DNA of 64,000 nucleotides from the IMG/VR virus record IMGVR_UViG_3300046387_001332; one strand, 5' to 3'. This DNA is from a virus. Position numbers and translations under genes: made by a program. The notes under the pieces were generated by a model. It made no database searches and had not been told where the DNA came from. It worked only from the letters and a program-made list of their open reading frames with translations. Each line of letters starts with the position of its first letter. The stretch's first letter is position 1. Positions 39,167 to 49,172 of the stretch are shown here, piece after piece.

Positions 39167-41557
39167 ATGGCATCGTGGATAACAGATATGTTCGGTGGGT
39201 TATTTGACAAAGGTGACTCAACTGATTTTGCTGAGTTCAAAACAGGAGCAGATAGGCAAAAAAGAAAACCACTCGAAAAAAGATGGTTGTTTGATAATAG
39301 TGCTTATCGTACTGCAATGCCTGCACCTATTGCTGGTTCGGCACCTGGTATAGATGAACAACATAAAAAGACTCCGACTACATGGTCGAACTCAATGGAT
39401 ACGGATAATGGCCAGGGTGTAAATTTCTTTGGGTATGGGAACACAACTAATCAAAATAGATTTAGTACAGATGGTGTTAAAATTGATACAAATAAAAACG
39501 CAACTGGACAAGTTAAAGTAAGTGGTTTTAGAACATTTAAAAAACAAATGTCCGAATCAGATTACGGATTGGGTGATACATCAGCTGCTTCAGATGGTTC
39601 GTTTTACAGAAACAATTTAGAAACAGATCGTTACGGAGCAATGTATGCTACAAATATTATTGGACCAAAAGGTGGTGGAACTAATGTTGTATCATATACA
39701 ACACTTGGTGCAGAAATTGCATTTGGTCGGGAGTCAAAAAAAGTTCAAGATAAAATTACACAAATAAATGCAGGTGACCCCAAACGAACAAATAACGATC
39801 CAACTATAACAGGAAACAACAAAGATACATTAACATCAGGGTATTCAGACTCCAATCCAGACCCACTTGCACAAGTTCCACGCAGATTGCCATCAAATGA
39901 AACCGAAAAAGATTTATTTCTTAAAAAATATTTAACTGATAAACACCAAATTATATATAAACCACGTGGAGAATTACCTCAAGGTGGTAGTTTACCAAAT
40001 AGTGCAAATCCAGTTGATGGAAAATTTCTAAGATTCAGTGAATCTTTTGAAGCATTATCAAATGTATCCCAAAACTCAACAGGAGAATCTGATCAAGGAC
40101 AACGATCATCTTTATTCAGCAGTATTTATCAAGACGGAGATGGAAAAGAACTTAAAGATATTTCAAATGATCATTCTCATTTAATTTTTTCAGACAGATC
40201 ATACAAAAAAACATTATTCAATAGAAGAAAGTTTGTTTACGATCCACCGTCTATAACGTTTGATGTAAATCAAGCAAGCATAGATGAAACACGATATAGA
40301 CGTGCAGAAACATTAAGTGGAGGAAGTGATTTCTCTGTTGATGCACAAAGTGATCAAGCATTTACAACAGACGGAACTAATGCAAACATTGATCGCAGAA
40401 TAGATTCTAGATACCACAATAAGGGTAAATTACCCGAATCTGACGAGAGGTTTCAGGGAACTCAAATTCATCCAAAAAATACTATAATGGATAGATTGGG
40501 TATTAAGAATGTAAAGGAAGATGCCAACGATGATGCAAATATAGAATTGGCACGACATCGTGATTCAACAACTAAGTACGATGAATCCTATACAACGTCT
40601 TTAAAAAACATAGGAGCAGATTCTGATAATAAAGCAATCAAGAATATTAAAAACTATAATTTATTATCAAAATTAGCAGAAGATGGTCTAACCACACCCG
40701 GAAAAAGATCAATAGGTGCGGACCCTAAATCAGGTGAGTTAACATATGAACAATTATTTAAAGATAACCCATTTAAATTAGGAAGAAAAAAAGTACCAAA
40801 CTATAATTTACCCGGATCAGTTGAAGTGGGTAATGACAATCCACGTGCTGATGCATTTAACTTAAAAGGAGTTCTTGATGCAGCCGATGCAACCAATGAC
40901 GGTTCAATGCCCGAGTGGGCAAAAGAAGATTTTGTTCCTTTGTATTTTCATGATCTAGTAAACAAAAAATATGTTCCATTTCGTTCGTTTATAAACTCGT
41001 TATCAGATCAATCAGATGCAGAGTGGACAAATACTCGTTATTTAGGTCGTGCGGATGAAGTATCAGTATATAATGGTTTTACACGAACAATGTCTATTGA
41101 TTTTAATGTTGTTGCATTTAGTATAGAAGAGTTATTACCAATGTGGCAAAGAATTAACTACATGACAGGATTAACAAAACCTGCAAAGTATACAGATAAT
41201 GGATTCATTATACCACCCTTAGTAAAATTTAATTTAGGAGACATTTATAGAAACCAACCTGTAACAATTACATCAGTTTCCACTACAATTCCACAAGAAG
41301 CAACTTGGGAACTTTTAAATGCGGACAAAAATTATGGTTCATATAAAAAGAATCAGTATATGTTTGCAAACGGAGTTATTAAAAAAGAAGGAGTAAAAGT
41401 TGCACGTTATCCGACTATGTGTACAATGAGTGTATCTATGAAGGTATTGGAAAAACAAACTCCAGAAACAATTCAAAATCATTTTGGAACACTTGTAAAA
41501 AATTCAAATGATGAAACAAAACCTGCGGAATTTAACAAAAATCTAAGTAAAGTATAA
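39167..41557 (+). CDS. Baseplate/tail tube initiator (gp48/gp54-like C-terminal domain)
   Basis: FRSFINSLSDQSDAEW..YLGRADEVSVYNGFTRTMSIDF; follows the tape measure; TATTTAT at 39153-39159. Confidence 0.65.
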   Translation: MASWITDMFGGLFDKGDSTDFAEFKTGADRQKRKPLEKRWLFDNSAYRTAMPAPIAGSAPGIDEQHKKTPTTWSNSMDTDNGQGVNFFGYGNTTNQNRFSTDGVKIDTNKNATGQVKVSGFRTFKKQMSESDYGLGDTSAASDGSFYRNNLETDRYGAMYATNIIGPKGGGTNVVSYTTLGAEIAFGRESKKVQDKITQINAGDPKRTNNDPTITGNNKDTLTSGYSDSNPDPLAQVPRRLPSNETEKDLFLKKYLTDKHQIIYKPRGELPQGGSLPNSANPVDGKFLRFSESFEALSNVSQNSTGESDQGQRSSLFSSIYQDGDGKELKDISNDHSHLIFSDRSYKKTLFNRRKFVYDPPSITFDVNQASIDETRYRRAETLSGGSDFSVDAQSDQAFTTDGTNANIDRRIDSRYHNKGKLPESDERFQGTQIHPKNTIMDRLGIKNVKEDANDDANIELARHRDSTTKYDESYTTSLKNIGADSDNKAIKNIKNYNLLSKLAEDGLTTPGKRSIGADPKSGELTYEQLFKDNPFKLGRKKVPNYNLPGSVEVGNDNPRADAFNLKGVLDAADATNDGSMPEWAKEDFVPLYFHDLVNKKYVPFRSFINSLSDQSDAEWTNTRYLGRADEVSVYNGFTRTMSIDFNVVAFSIEELLPMWQRINYMTGLTKPAKYTDNGFIIPPLVKFNLGDIYRNQPVTITSVSTTIPQEATWELLNADKNYGSYKKNQYMFANGVIKKEGVKVARYPTMCTMSVSMKVLEKQTPETIQNHFGTLVKNSNDETKPAEFNKNLSKV

Positions 41558-41558
41558 A

Positions 41559-41849
41559 ATGAGATATTCATATACCAAAAAAACTAAAAACGGAGACGAA
41601 AAAAAAATTGTAACTACCACACTATTAAATCGTGTAAAACCAAGACCAAACGATTCATTTATTAGAGTAGTAGAAAAAACAAGACTTGATCACCTTGCAT
41701 ACAAGTTTTACGACAATCCAACATATTGGTGGGTAATTGCATCGGCAAACGGAATTGCGGGAAAAATGTACGCAGATCCTGGTATGCAATTAAGAATTCC
41801 AAAAAATATAAGTGAGGTAATTCAGGATCATATTAAAATTAATACATAG
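41559..41849 (+). CDS. LysM-like baseplate wedge protein (gp53/tail X-like)
   Basis: RLDHLAYKFYDNPTYWWVIASAN...PGMQLRIP. Confidence 0.8.
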   Translation: MRYSYTKKTKNGDEKKIVTTTLLNRVKPRPNDSFIRVVEKTRLDHLAYKFYDNPTYWWVIASANGIAGKMYADPGMQLRIPKNISEVIQDHIKINT

Positions 41850-41863
41850 TAGAAAGTAATTCA

Positions 41864-44827
41864 ATGGCAATAGGTGACGATTTAATCAATAAAGCAAAAG
41901 GATTATTTCCAGAAAAAAATACAGGTAAAAAAAATATAGATAGTTTTCTAGGAGGTAATTCAAACTCGGGAGGTGGTCTTGGTGGTAAACTTGCTGGTAT
42001 GTTTGGAAACTCGTCGGACGGAGGTGCTGGTGGTGGTAATCCGTTATCGGGTGGTTTAGGAGGTTTGTTGGGAGGTGGATTTCCTCCTGGTGGAGATGGA
42101 GGTTCTGGTGGAAATGAAATAGCAGATGCATTGAAGGATACTACATCAGCAACTGGAAAAGAAAAACCATTATTTGAGTCAAAAGAAGCTGCTAAAAACG
42201 ATTTAAAAACTAAGGACGCAAAACCTCCACCAAAAGGTTCTTTCATGGACGAGACATCTAGTATTGGTGAATCAAGTGCTTTTGGTACAACCCACGTTCG
42301 TCCCTGGGTCAGAAATGAGTTTACACGACGTGAAAAAAACTTTGGAATGTATTATACAACAGGAGGAGAATTTGCAAATGATACCTCCATACAAATGAGC
42401 AATGATGCTACCTTTGATGATGAGTATAGTGAAACTATTTATAGAGGTCCAAAAGCACCTTGGATGCGTGTCATATCCAATGCGATTGGGGAAAATCCAG
42501 AAACAAGTTTACCAATCTATGGATTTGAAATGCATGGTTTTAATAGAAAAGATGAAGATGGGAATTACAAAAATGGATTCCATGAGCAATATGGATTTGA
42601 TCCAACCACCGGTCAGGGGGGTGGTAAAACATATTTGGGAAGAGGTTGGAGTGGAGAAGGAAGTGATAAATTTACACCACCATCCGTTGATCATACAATA
42701 GAAGAAGAAGATTTTAAACATCGTCCGTCTCCTGGAATTACATCGATTAAATCAGAAGATAAGGAACCTGGACGAAATTTTAGAGAAACTACGGTTACAT
42801 TTGTGGTTCATAGTCGTGATCAATTAGATTACATGGATGATTATTTTTTTAAACTAGGTATATCATGTATAGTTGAGTGGGGTTGGAATACTTATCCGAG
42901 AGAATGTTTAATTGATTCTACAAATTTAGGTAAACCTATTAAAATTGCCAAAGGTGATTATATAAAAGGAAACCCACAGAGATTAAACAAAGTAAATAAT
43001 TTAAGAGCAGATGAAGGAAAAGACCCATTATCTGATGAAGATATAGACGAGAGTGCAAAATACAGATTCGGTCCTGGAGAAGGTATGGTAGGGTATTTTA
43101 CCGATCCGGTTCTTTCTAACAATCATTTAAAAAAAGGAAAAGGAAATTATTCGTTTGCCATTGGAATTATAAATAATTATAGTTACAATTTAAGAGAGGA
43201 CGGTGGATATGATTGTGAAATCAAAATATCAACAACATCAAAAATTTCAGCATCTCTTGATAATCAAGCAACAAAAGAAAAAACAGGTGATGATGACAAC
43301 CCAGACACAAGAGTTAAAGATTTTAAATTATTTGTGGAAACAAAACTGGATGAAATTTTGGGAGGGGATGAAGACCCCCACGAATGGTATGATATGGGTG
43401 AAGATTCTATTGCAGAAATAAGTGGAGAAGTGGGTGCGATGAGTGTATCTAAAGGAAGATTTTTTCAATTTGATCAAAGTGCATCGGGTAAAGAAACATA
43501 TCATTCAGATAAAGAAGATGCATATATAACAATAGGTTATTTAGTAGATATAGTAAATAAATTTTTTACCAAAAAAACCGAGGAGACTAATATAGGTTTG
43601 TTTGAGTTTAAAGTTGATAATTCACGTTGTGTTGCACATCCAAATATTAAATCTACCGATGGTAAAGTATTATTGATACCCAATGCAATGTCTCCAAGAA
43701 GAAATCAAAAAATAAGTGAAAGAAACAGTGGAACTACTGATCAAGTAGTAACTCAAATACGAAAAGATTTACAACTTGGAAATTCTGACAATGCCTCTGC
43801 TGTATTAGCAGTTATAAATTCCGAACTTGGAAGAAAATTAACAAATATAAATACTGCCTTGAAACAATCACCACGTGATAATTTATATGAAATTTTATCA
43901 GGATATGTTCCAGCTGAATACCCGGATGCAGTAAAGCCTTTTCCTGATTTTGCAACTTTATCTGGTGGAGTTAAAACCGAGGGATATAGTGGTAGATTGC
44001 AAGATCTATATGTGAACTATAATGTGGTAAAAGATGCAGTATTAAATGGATCAAATATTACAGAAATGCTAAAAGATATTCTAAAGAAAGTTTCAGAAGC
44101 AGCCGGAGGTATTTGGGATTTTGATTTAGTTGGACCAAATACATCGGTTTCAAATGATACCAATGTACAAATAGTTGATAGAAGATATCCTGGATTAGTA
44201 ACTGCGTATGATGTACAACGAGAAGATCAAGCATATAGATTTAAATCTCATACAAAAAATAGTATAGTAAAAAGTTTATCACTTGATGTATCGTGTTCAA
44301 GTGAAGTGCAAGGTATGGTTTTGTTTGGTGAAAAGGACGCAAAAGATAATTCACAGGCCGCATTTTATGCAAGAGGACGTGAAGATAGGTTGCTTAAAGA
44401 TGCAAAGCCGGTTGTATTAAAAGGTGAACCGTCAAGTCCGACGGGTGAAGCAGAAGATGAAGAAGACGAAATAGAATCTGAAGAAAAGTTTATAGTTGCG
44501 GCTGATAATGATTGGAGTGCATTTGATTATGATATTGAAATGGTCGATCCAAATAAAAATCGTGTATTAAAAAGTATGAAACTTGATGATCATAAGTTAA
44601 ATTGCGTAAAAAACAATATGCCATTGGATGGATGTGAACTCACAATGGAACTTGATGGAATTGAAGGTCTTCGTCTGTTAGATGTGTTTGCGTGTACAGG
44701 TGTACCAACACACTATTTTATTAATGGTCATTGGAGAATACAATCTGTTGCACATGATATATCTGATAATAATTGGATAACAACAATTGGTTCGGAATAT
44801 ATACCTAGTGTAAACGGTAGTGAATAA
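41864..44827 (+). CDS. Probable baseplate hub protein
   Basis: RPSPGITSI, VEWGWN and LDGIEGLRLLDVF..WRIQSVAHDISDNNWITTI; follows the LysM gene. Confidence 0.6.
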   Translation: MAIGDDLINKAKGLFPEKNTGKKNIDSFLGGNSNSGGGLGGKLAGMFGNSSDGGAGGGNPLSGGLGGLLGGGFPPGGDGGSGGNEIADALKDTTSATGKEKPLFESKEAAKNDLKTKDAKPPPKGSFMDETSSIGESSAFGTTHVRPWVRNEFTRREKNFGMYYTTGGEFANDTSIQMSNDATFDDEYSETIYRGPKAPWMRVISNAIGENPETSLPIYGFEMHGFNRKDEDGNYKNGFHEQYGFDPTTGQGGGKTYLGRGWSGEGSDKFTPPSVDHTIEEEDFKHRPSPGITSIKSEDKEPGRNFRETTVTFVVHSRDQLDYMDDYFFKLGISCIVEWGWNTYPRECLIDSTNLGKPIKIAKGDYIKGNPQRLNKVNNLRADEGKDPLSDEDIDESAKYRFGPGEGMVGYFTDPVLSNNHLKKGKGNYSFAIGIINNYSYNLREDGGYDCEIKISTTSKISASLDNQATKEKTGDDDNPDTRVKDFKLFVETKLDEILGGDEDPHEWYDMGEDSIAEISGEVGAMSVSKGRFFQFDQSASGKETYHSDKEDAYITIGYLVDIVNKFFTKKTEETNIGLFEFKVDNSRCVAHPNIKSTDGKVLLIPNAMSPRRNQKISERNSGTTDQVVTQIRKDLQLGNSDNASAVLAVINSELGRKLTNINTALKQSPRDNLYEILSGYVPAEYPDAVKPFPDFATLSGGVKTEGYSGRLQDLYVNYNVVKDAVLNGSNITEMLKDILKKVSEAAGGIWDFDLVGPNTSVSNDTNVQIVDRRYPGLVTAYDVQREDQAYRFKSHTKNSIVKSLSLDVSCSSEVQGMVLFGEKDAKDNSQAAFYARGREDRLLKDAKPVVLKGEPSSPTGEAEDEEDEIESEEKFIVAADNDWSAFDYDIEMVDPNKNRVLKSMKLDDHKLNCVKNNMPLDGCELTMELDGIEGLRLLDVFACTGVPTHYFINGHWRIQSVAHDISDNNWITTIGSEYIPSVNGSE

Positions 44828-45246
44828 TGGACACGGACGAATATCTTAATAAAAAAATATATACTGATCTCTTATCAAGAAAAGGTTCATTGAAGGCAGC
44901 CACTTTTAGTGAGTTTCCTGAGCAGATCAAAATAAAACCAGAAGTAGATGACTACAAGAATAAATACTTTACTCGTTACTTCGTAATAAAAGCAAGTGAT
45001 AAAAATGGGGTAATTTTTGAAGTAGATGTAGCAAAGTATAATGAACTTAAAAAAAATCCCTTTTATAGATGCGAACTTTTGCGTTGGAAAATCTCAGGTG
45101 TGTATAGAAGTGAGTATGATAATGGCATTATGATAGAAGAGGGTGTAGTAGATTTTAATGAAAAGGCATTTAATCGTCTTCGCAAAAAAATGCCAGATGT
45201 ACAAAATAAAATAAAAAGTCTTACAGAATTTTATAAAGCAAATTGA
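44827..45246 (+). CDS. Hypothetical protein
   Basis: TAATG-coupled; DYKNKYFTRYFV...LRWKISG. Confidence 0.7.
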   Translation: MDTDEYLNKKIYTDLLSRKGSLKAATFSEFPEQIKIKPEVDDYKNKYFTRYFVIKASDKNGVIFEVDVAKYNELKKNPFYRCELLRWKISGVYRSEYDNGIMIEEGVVDFNEKAFNRLRKKMPDVQNKIKSLTEFYKAN

Positions 45247-45271
45247 CAAATTGAAAATATTATTATATTAT
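45243..45271 (+). promoter_or_regulatory. Sigma70-type promoter
   Basis: TTGACA-17nt-TATTAT. Confidence 0.72.
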
Positions 45272-45281
45272 ATTTTTCAAG

Positions 45282-46583
45282 ATGTTTTTGTGTATTGAAA
45301 CAAAAGAGGATGTAAAGTTATTGAGTAATACTTTAAAAAGTGGGACTGCACTTTTTTATTATTTGTTTGAACCAAACTATCATCCTGTTACTAAGAAGGT
45401 TTGTGTTGTGTTCATTTACCATTTAGAGACTGATTCTCTTTTTTTGATTTCGTTTAGTCATCCCGATGTAGTTTTAATGGATAAAAACATATTAAACTAT
45501 ATCAATAATAGTAATTGTAAAAAATACATACTAAATAAAAAAGATTCAATGTATGTCAGTGATGTCAGTTCGTATACTGATTTATTATTTGAAATGTATT
45601 GTAAGACAGGTAATTTATTTGAATACAAATTACCACTTAATAATTCTGATATTCGTTCAATACCAATAATGTTAATTAAAAAAAGTTTCAACGATACCTT
45701 GAAACTTTTAAAACCTCATTTAAACACATACGAAAATTGCAACTTTTCGAGTGATTTATGTAAAGCATTTTATGAAATTGAAAAGAATGGAATTTATATA
45801 AATCATGAAGTATATAATTTAGGATCAACTGATTTAATTCACGATAACGGATGTGTGTATAGTCAATATAACTATTATACTCCAACTACTCGTCCAAGTA
45901 ATAGATTTGGAAAAATAAACTTTGCGGCTTTGAATTCAAAGAAAAATGAAAAAGATTCCATTGAGAGTAGATTTGGTGAAGATGGTATTTTGTTTATGGT
46001 TGATTATGAAAGTTATCACTTGAGATTGTTTGCTAACCATATAAACTTTTCATTACCTGAATCTTCTTTGCATGAATATTTTGGAAAGTTTTATTACGAT
46101 AAAGAAGAGTTAACTGAAGAAGAATACGAGATGTCCAAAAAAATTACATTTAACTTAATTTACGGTGGAATCTCTGATGATGTAAAAGAACACATCCCCT
46201 TTATGGCCGAGGTTGTAAAATATGTAGAATCGTGTTGGGCATCATTTAATAAAAACGAATACATTGAAACTTGGTTATACAATCGTAAATTATACAAAAA
46301 AAACTATGATTCAATGAATTCATATAAACTTTTTAATTACTTACTACAAAGTGCAGAAACTGAAAGAAATACAAAATTAGCATTATATCTTAATGGCGAA
46401 TTTTCAAAATTAAAAAGCAAAGTAATTTTATATCATTATGATGCATTTATAGTTGATTTACATAAGTCTGAAATTTCACATACCAAAAAAATTATTGAAA
46501 AACTTACAGATAATAACAAATTTCCACTGAGAGTATATGTCGGTAAAAATTATGGAGATATGTCTAAGTTAAGTGTTTGCTAA
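45282..46583 (+). CDS. Divergent short family-A DNA polymerase
   Basis: TTRPSN, motif A DYESYHLRL, motif B KKITFNLIYGG, NYLLQS and motif C HYDA. Confidence 0.8.
   Translation: MFLCIETKEDVKLLSNTLKSGTALFYYLFEPNYHPVTKKVCVVFIYHLETDSLFLISFSHPDVVLMDKNILNYINNSNCKKYILNKKDSMYVSDVSSYTDLLFEMYCKTGNLFEYKLPLNNSDIRSIPIMLIKKSFNDTLKLLKPHLNTYENCNFSSDLCKAFYEIEKNGIYINHEVYNLGSTDLIHDNGCVYSQYNYYTPTTRPSNRFGKINFAALNSKKNEKDSIESRFGEDGILFMVDYESYHLRLFANHINFSLPESSLHEYFGKFYYDKEELTEEEYEMSKKITFNLIYGGISDDVKEHIPFMAEVVKYVESCWASFNKNEYIETWLYNRKLYKKNYDSMNSYKLFNYLLQSAETERNTKLALYLNGEFSKLKSKVILYHYDAFIVDLHKSEISHTKKIIEKLTDNNKFPLRVYVGKNYGDMSKLSVC
45681..45709. repeat. 11-7-11 palindromic site, copy 2 (perfect arms)
   Basis: AAAAGTTTCAA-CGATACC-TTGAAACTTTT inside the polymerase CDS. 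Confidence 0.9.
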
Positions 46584-46621
46584 AATTAATGTATATTTAT
46601 CTGTAAAAGGTTATATACAAT

Positions 46622-47020
46622 ATGAATACACAACTGCTATGCACATTTACGGACATTCTCAATTATGAAAGAGAAATTAAAAGTATCTGTCATTTTTACA
46701 CGGTTGTTTTTGGAAAAATATATTGTTTGCAAAATTTAGATAATTTAGACCAGATATATTTGACATATAATGTAAATTCCAATAATATAAGGGAAGATGG
46801 ATTTTACAAAAACACAATTAGTGTTCACAGAAAAAAAGATTCTAACTCAATCTATACAATAAATTCTATGAATACATTAATTAAACACTTAAACAATGGA
46901 GTCCTTGATAAATCATATGCAATCAACTGGAACGATTATTCTAACTCAATTATGTTGACTGACGGTAATTCCGATGTTAAGTTAATTTCAACAAAGTTAT
47001 TTAAAATACTTAACATCTAA
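46622..47020 (+). CDS. Hypothetical protein
   Basis: MNTQLLCTF..SVHRKKDSNSIYTINSMN; TATTTAT at 46594-46600. Confidence 0.75.
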   Translation: MNTQLLCTFTDILNYEREIKSICHFYTVVFGKIYCLQNLDNLDQIYLTYNVNSNNIREDGFYKNTISVHRKKDSNSIYTINSMNTLIKHLNNGVLDKSYAINWNDYSNSIMLTDGNSDVKLISTKLFKILNI

Positions 47021-47028
47021 TTTAATAT

Positions 47029-47057
47029 TTGACTCACTAACAAAAAAAATATAAGGT
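47029..47057 (+). promoter_or_regulatory. Possible sigma70-type promoter of the prkA operon
   Basis: TTGACT-17nt-TAAGGT; a second ATG (47065) lies 7 nt downstream. Confidence 0.45.
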
Positions 47058-47058
47058 A

Positions 47059-49155
47059 ATGGTTATGGAAAATAAAAAACGACAAAAAGAAAAAACAAAT
47101 TCACTTGAATCTTTAATCAGATCAGAAAATGACGATTCGGTAAAAACATACAAGTCTCTTAATTGGACAGGATCATTTTGGGATTATTTGCAGATGATTG
47201 AAGAAAGTCCACGTGTTGCAAGAAATTCATATCAAAGACTTTATGATATGGTAATGTCACATGGAACAGAAGAATTTAAATATTGCAAAAGGCAATATGT
47301 TAAATATAAGTTTTTTCAAGGTCTTGGTGACATCTCTATTTATGGTCTTGAAGAAAACTTGATGGAATTTATGGACATTTTAAAAAGTGCAAGTAGACAC
47401 TATGGTCCAGAACGAAGAGTGATATTACTACACGGACCAGTTGGTAGTAGTAAATCAACAATTGTAACTGCACTCAAAAAAGGACTTGAAGAGTATACAA
47501 CAACAGAAGATGGTGCGTTGTATTCTTTTAGTTGGAAAATCGCAGATAAAAATGGTGAAGAGCAATTAGTTCCATGTCCAATGAACGAAGAACCATTAAA
47601 ATTACTTCCTACTAAAGTCCGTAATGAAGTAATTAGTAATTTAAATAAAAATATTTCCAGTGATGATTATAAGTTAAAACTTGATGGAGCATTGAATCCT
47701 GTAAACGAGTATTACTATAATCAACTAATGGAAATGCACGGGGGTGATTACCGCAGGGTTCTAGACCATGTCGTTGTTAGAAGAGTCGTTTTATCAGAAA
47801 AGAACCGTGTGGGAATCGGAACATTTCAACCCAAGGATGAAAAATCACAAGATGCAACCGAGTTAACCGGTGATATTAATTATCGTAAGTTAGCAGAGTA
47901 TGGTAGTGAAAGTGATCCCCGTGCATTTGATTTTGACGGAGAATTTTTAGTCTCTAATCGTGGTCTTATTGAGTTCCAAGAAATTCTTAAACTTCAAACA
48001 GAATTCTTGTATGATCTACTTGGAGCAACTCAAGAGCATCGTGTAAAACCACGTCGTTTTAACCAAGTACCAATTGATGAGGTTATTCTTGGGCATACTA
48101 ATAATGCTGAGTTTGAAAAATTAACCAATAATAAATTCATGGAAGCACTGCGTGATAGAACTATCAAAATCGATATTCCTTATCTTCTTAAAATTTCTGA
48201 AGAAAAGAAAATTTATGATCACTTCTATAATACAAGTACCGTAAACAAACACATTGCACCTCACACAACATACTTGGCTGCATTGTTCGCAGTAGTAAGT
48301 CGTTTAGAAGAAAGTTCAAAGCAAGACATGAGCATTATTCAAAAAGCAAAACTTTACAATGGTCAGAGTGTACATGGATTCACAGATGAACACGTAAAAG
48401 AAATGCAAGAAGAATCTCCAAAAGAAGGATTGTATGGTGGAGTATCTGCTCGTTTCATTCAAAATCAGTTTTCCAATGCAATCGTTAATCCAAGAATGGG
48501 TGCTAAAAGTTTAAATCCATTTATGTTGTTTGCACAAATTCGTGAAGGACTTAAAAGTTATAGTGGGTTCTTAAACGAAGATGATAAAAAGTCTATGTTT
48601 GAACGTCTTGAACTTGTAGAAAAGGAATATGATAGAATTGTGAAACGAGAAGTACAACAAGCACTTAGTAGTAGTGAAGAAGCAATAAAAGCACTTTGCA
48701 CCAACTACATTGATAACATCGTTGCATATATTCAAGATGAAAAAGTTACAAATCCTGTAACTGGAAAAGAAGAAACTGCAAACGAAACTTTGATGCGTAG
48801 TATTGAAGAAAAAATTGGTATTTCTACTGGAATGAAAGATGATTTTCGTAGAGAAATTATGAACTATATGGGTGGACTTGCCGCCAAGGGTAAAGAGTTT
48901 AAGTATGACTCAAACGAGCAACTTTACAAAGCACTTGAAAAGAAGTTGTTCGAAGATACTAAAGATAGTATCAAGTTGTCTGCTCTTGCACAAGATACTG
49001 CAACTGTAGTTGATAAGGAACTTCTTGAAAAGATAGACGCATTGAAGCAACGTCTTATTGTTTCGTTTGGATACGATGAAGATAGTGCGTCAGATGTTCT
49101 TACTTATGTTGGAAGTATATTCGCACGTGGTGACGCAGACGATGACGAAGAGTAA
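47059..49155 (+). CDS. prkA: PrkA/YeaG family AAA+ ATPase / Ser kinase
   Basis: LLHGPVGSSKST, CPMNEEPL, GIGTFQPKDEKSQD, SDPRAFDFDGE, NRGLIEF, HTNNAEF, EALRDR and GVSARF. Confidence 0.95.
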   Translation: MVMENKKRQKEKTNSLESLIRSENDDSVKTYKSLNWTGSFWDYLQMIEESPRVARNSYQRLYDMVMSHGTEEFKYCKRQYVKYKFFQGLGDISIYGLEENLMEFMDILKSASRHYGPERRVILLHGPVGSSKSTIVTALKKGLEEYTTTEDGALYSFSWKIADKNGEEQLVPCPMNEEPLKLLPTKVRNEVISNLNKNISSDDYKLKLDGALNPVNEYYYNQLMEMHGGDYRRVLDHVVVRRVVLSEKNRVGIGTFQPKDEKSQDATELTGDINYRKLAEYGSESDPRAFDFDGEFLVSNRGLIEFQEILKLQTEFLYDLLGATQEHRVKPRRFNQVPIDEVILGHTNNAEFEKLTNNKFMEALRDRTIKIDIPYLLKISEEKKIYDHFYNTSTVNKHIAPHTTYLAALFAVVSRLEESSKQDMSIIQKAKLYNGQSVHGFTDEHVKEMQEESPKEGLYGGVSARFIQNQFSNAIVNPRMGAKSLNPFMLFAQIREGLKSYSGFLNEDDKKSMFERLELVEKEYDRIVKREVQQALSSSEEAIKALCTNYIDNIVAYIQDEKVTNPVTGKEETANETLMRSIEEKIGISTGMKDDFRREIMNYMGGLAAKGKEFKYDSNEQLYKALEKKLFEDTKDSIKLSALAQDTATVVDKELLEKIDALKQRLIVSFGYDEDSASDVLTYVGSIFARGDADDDEE

Positions 49156-49172
49156 TCTCAACGGACTTAGTT

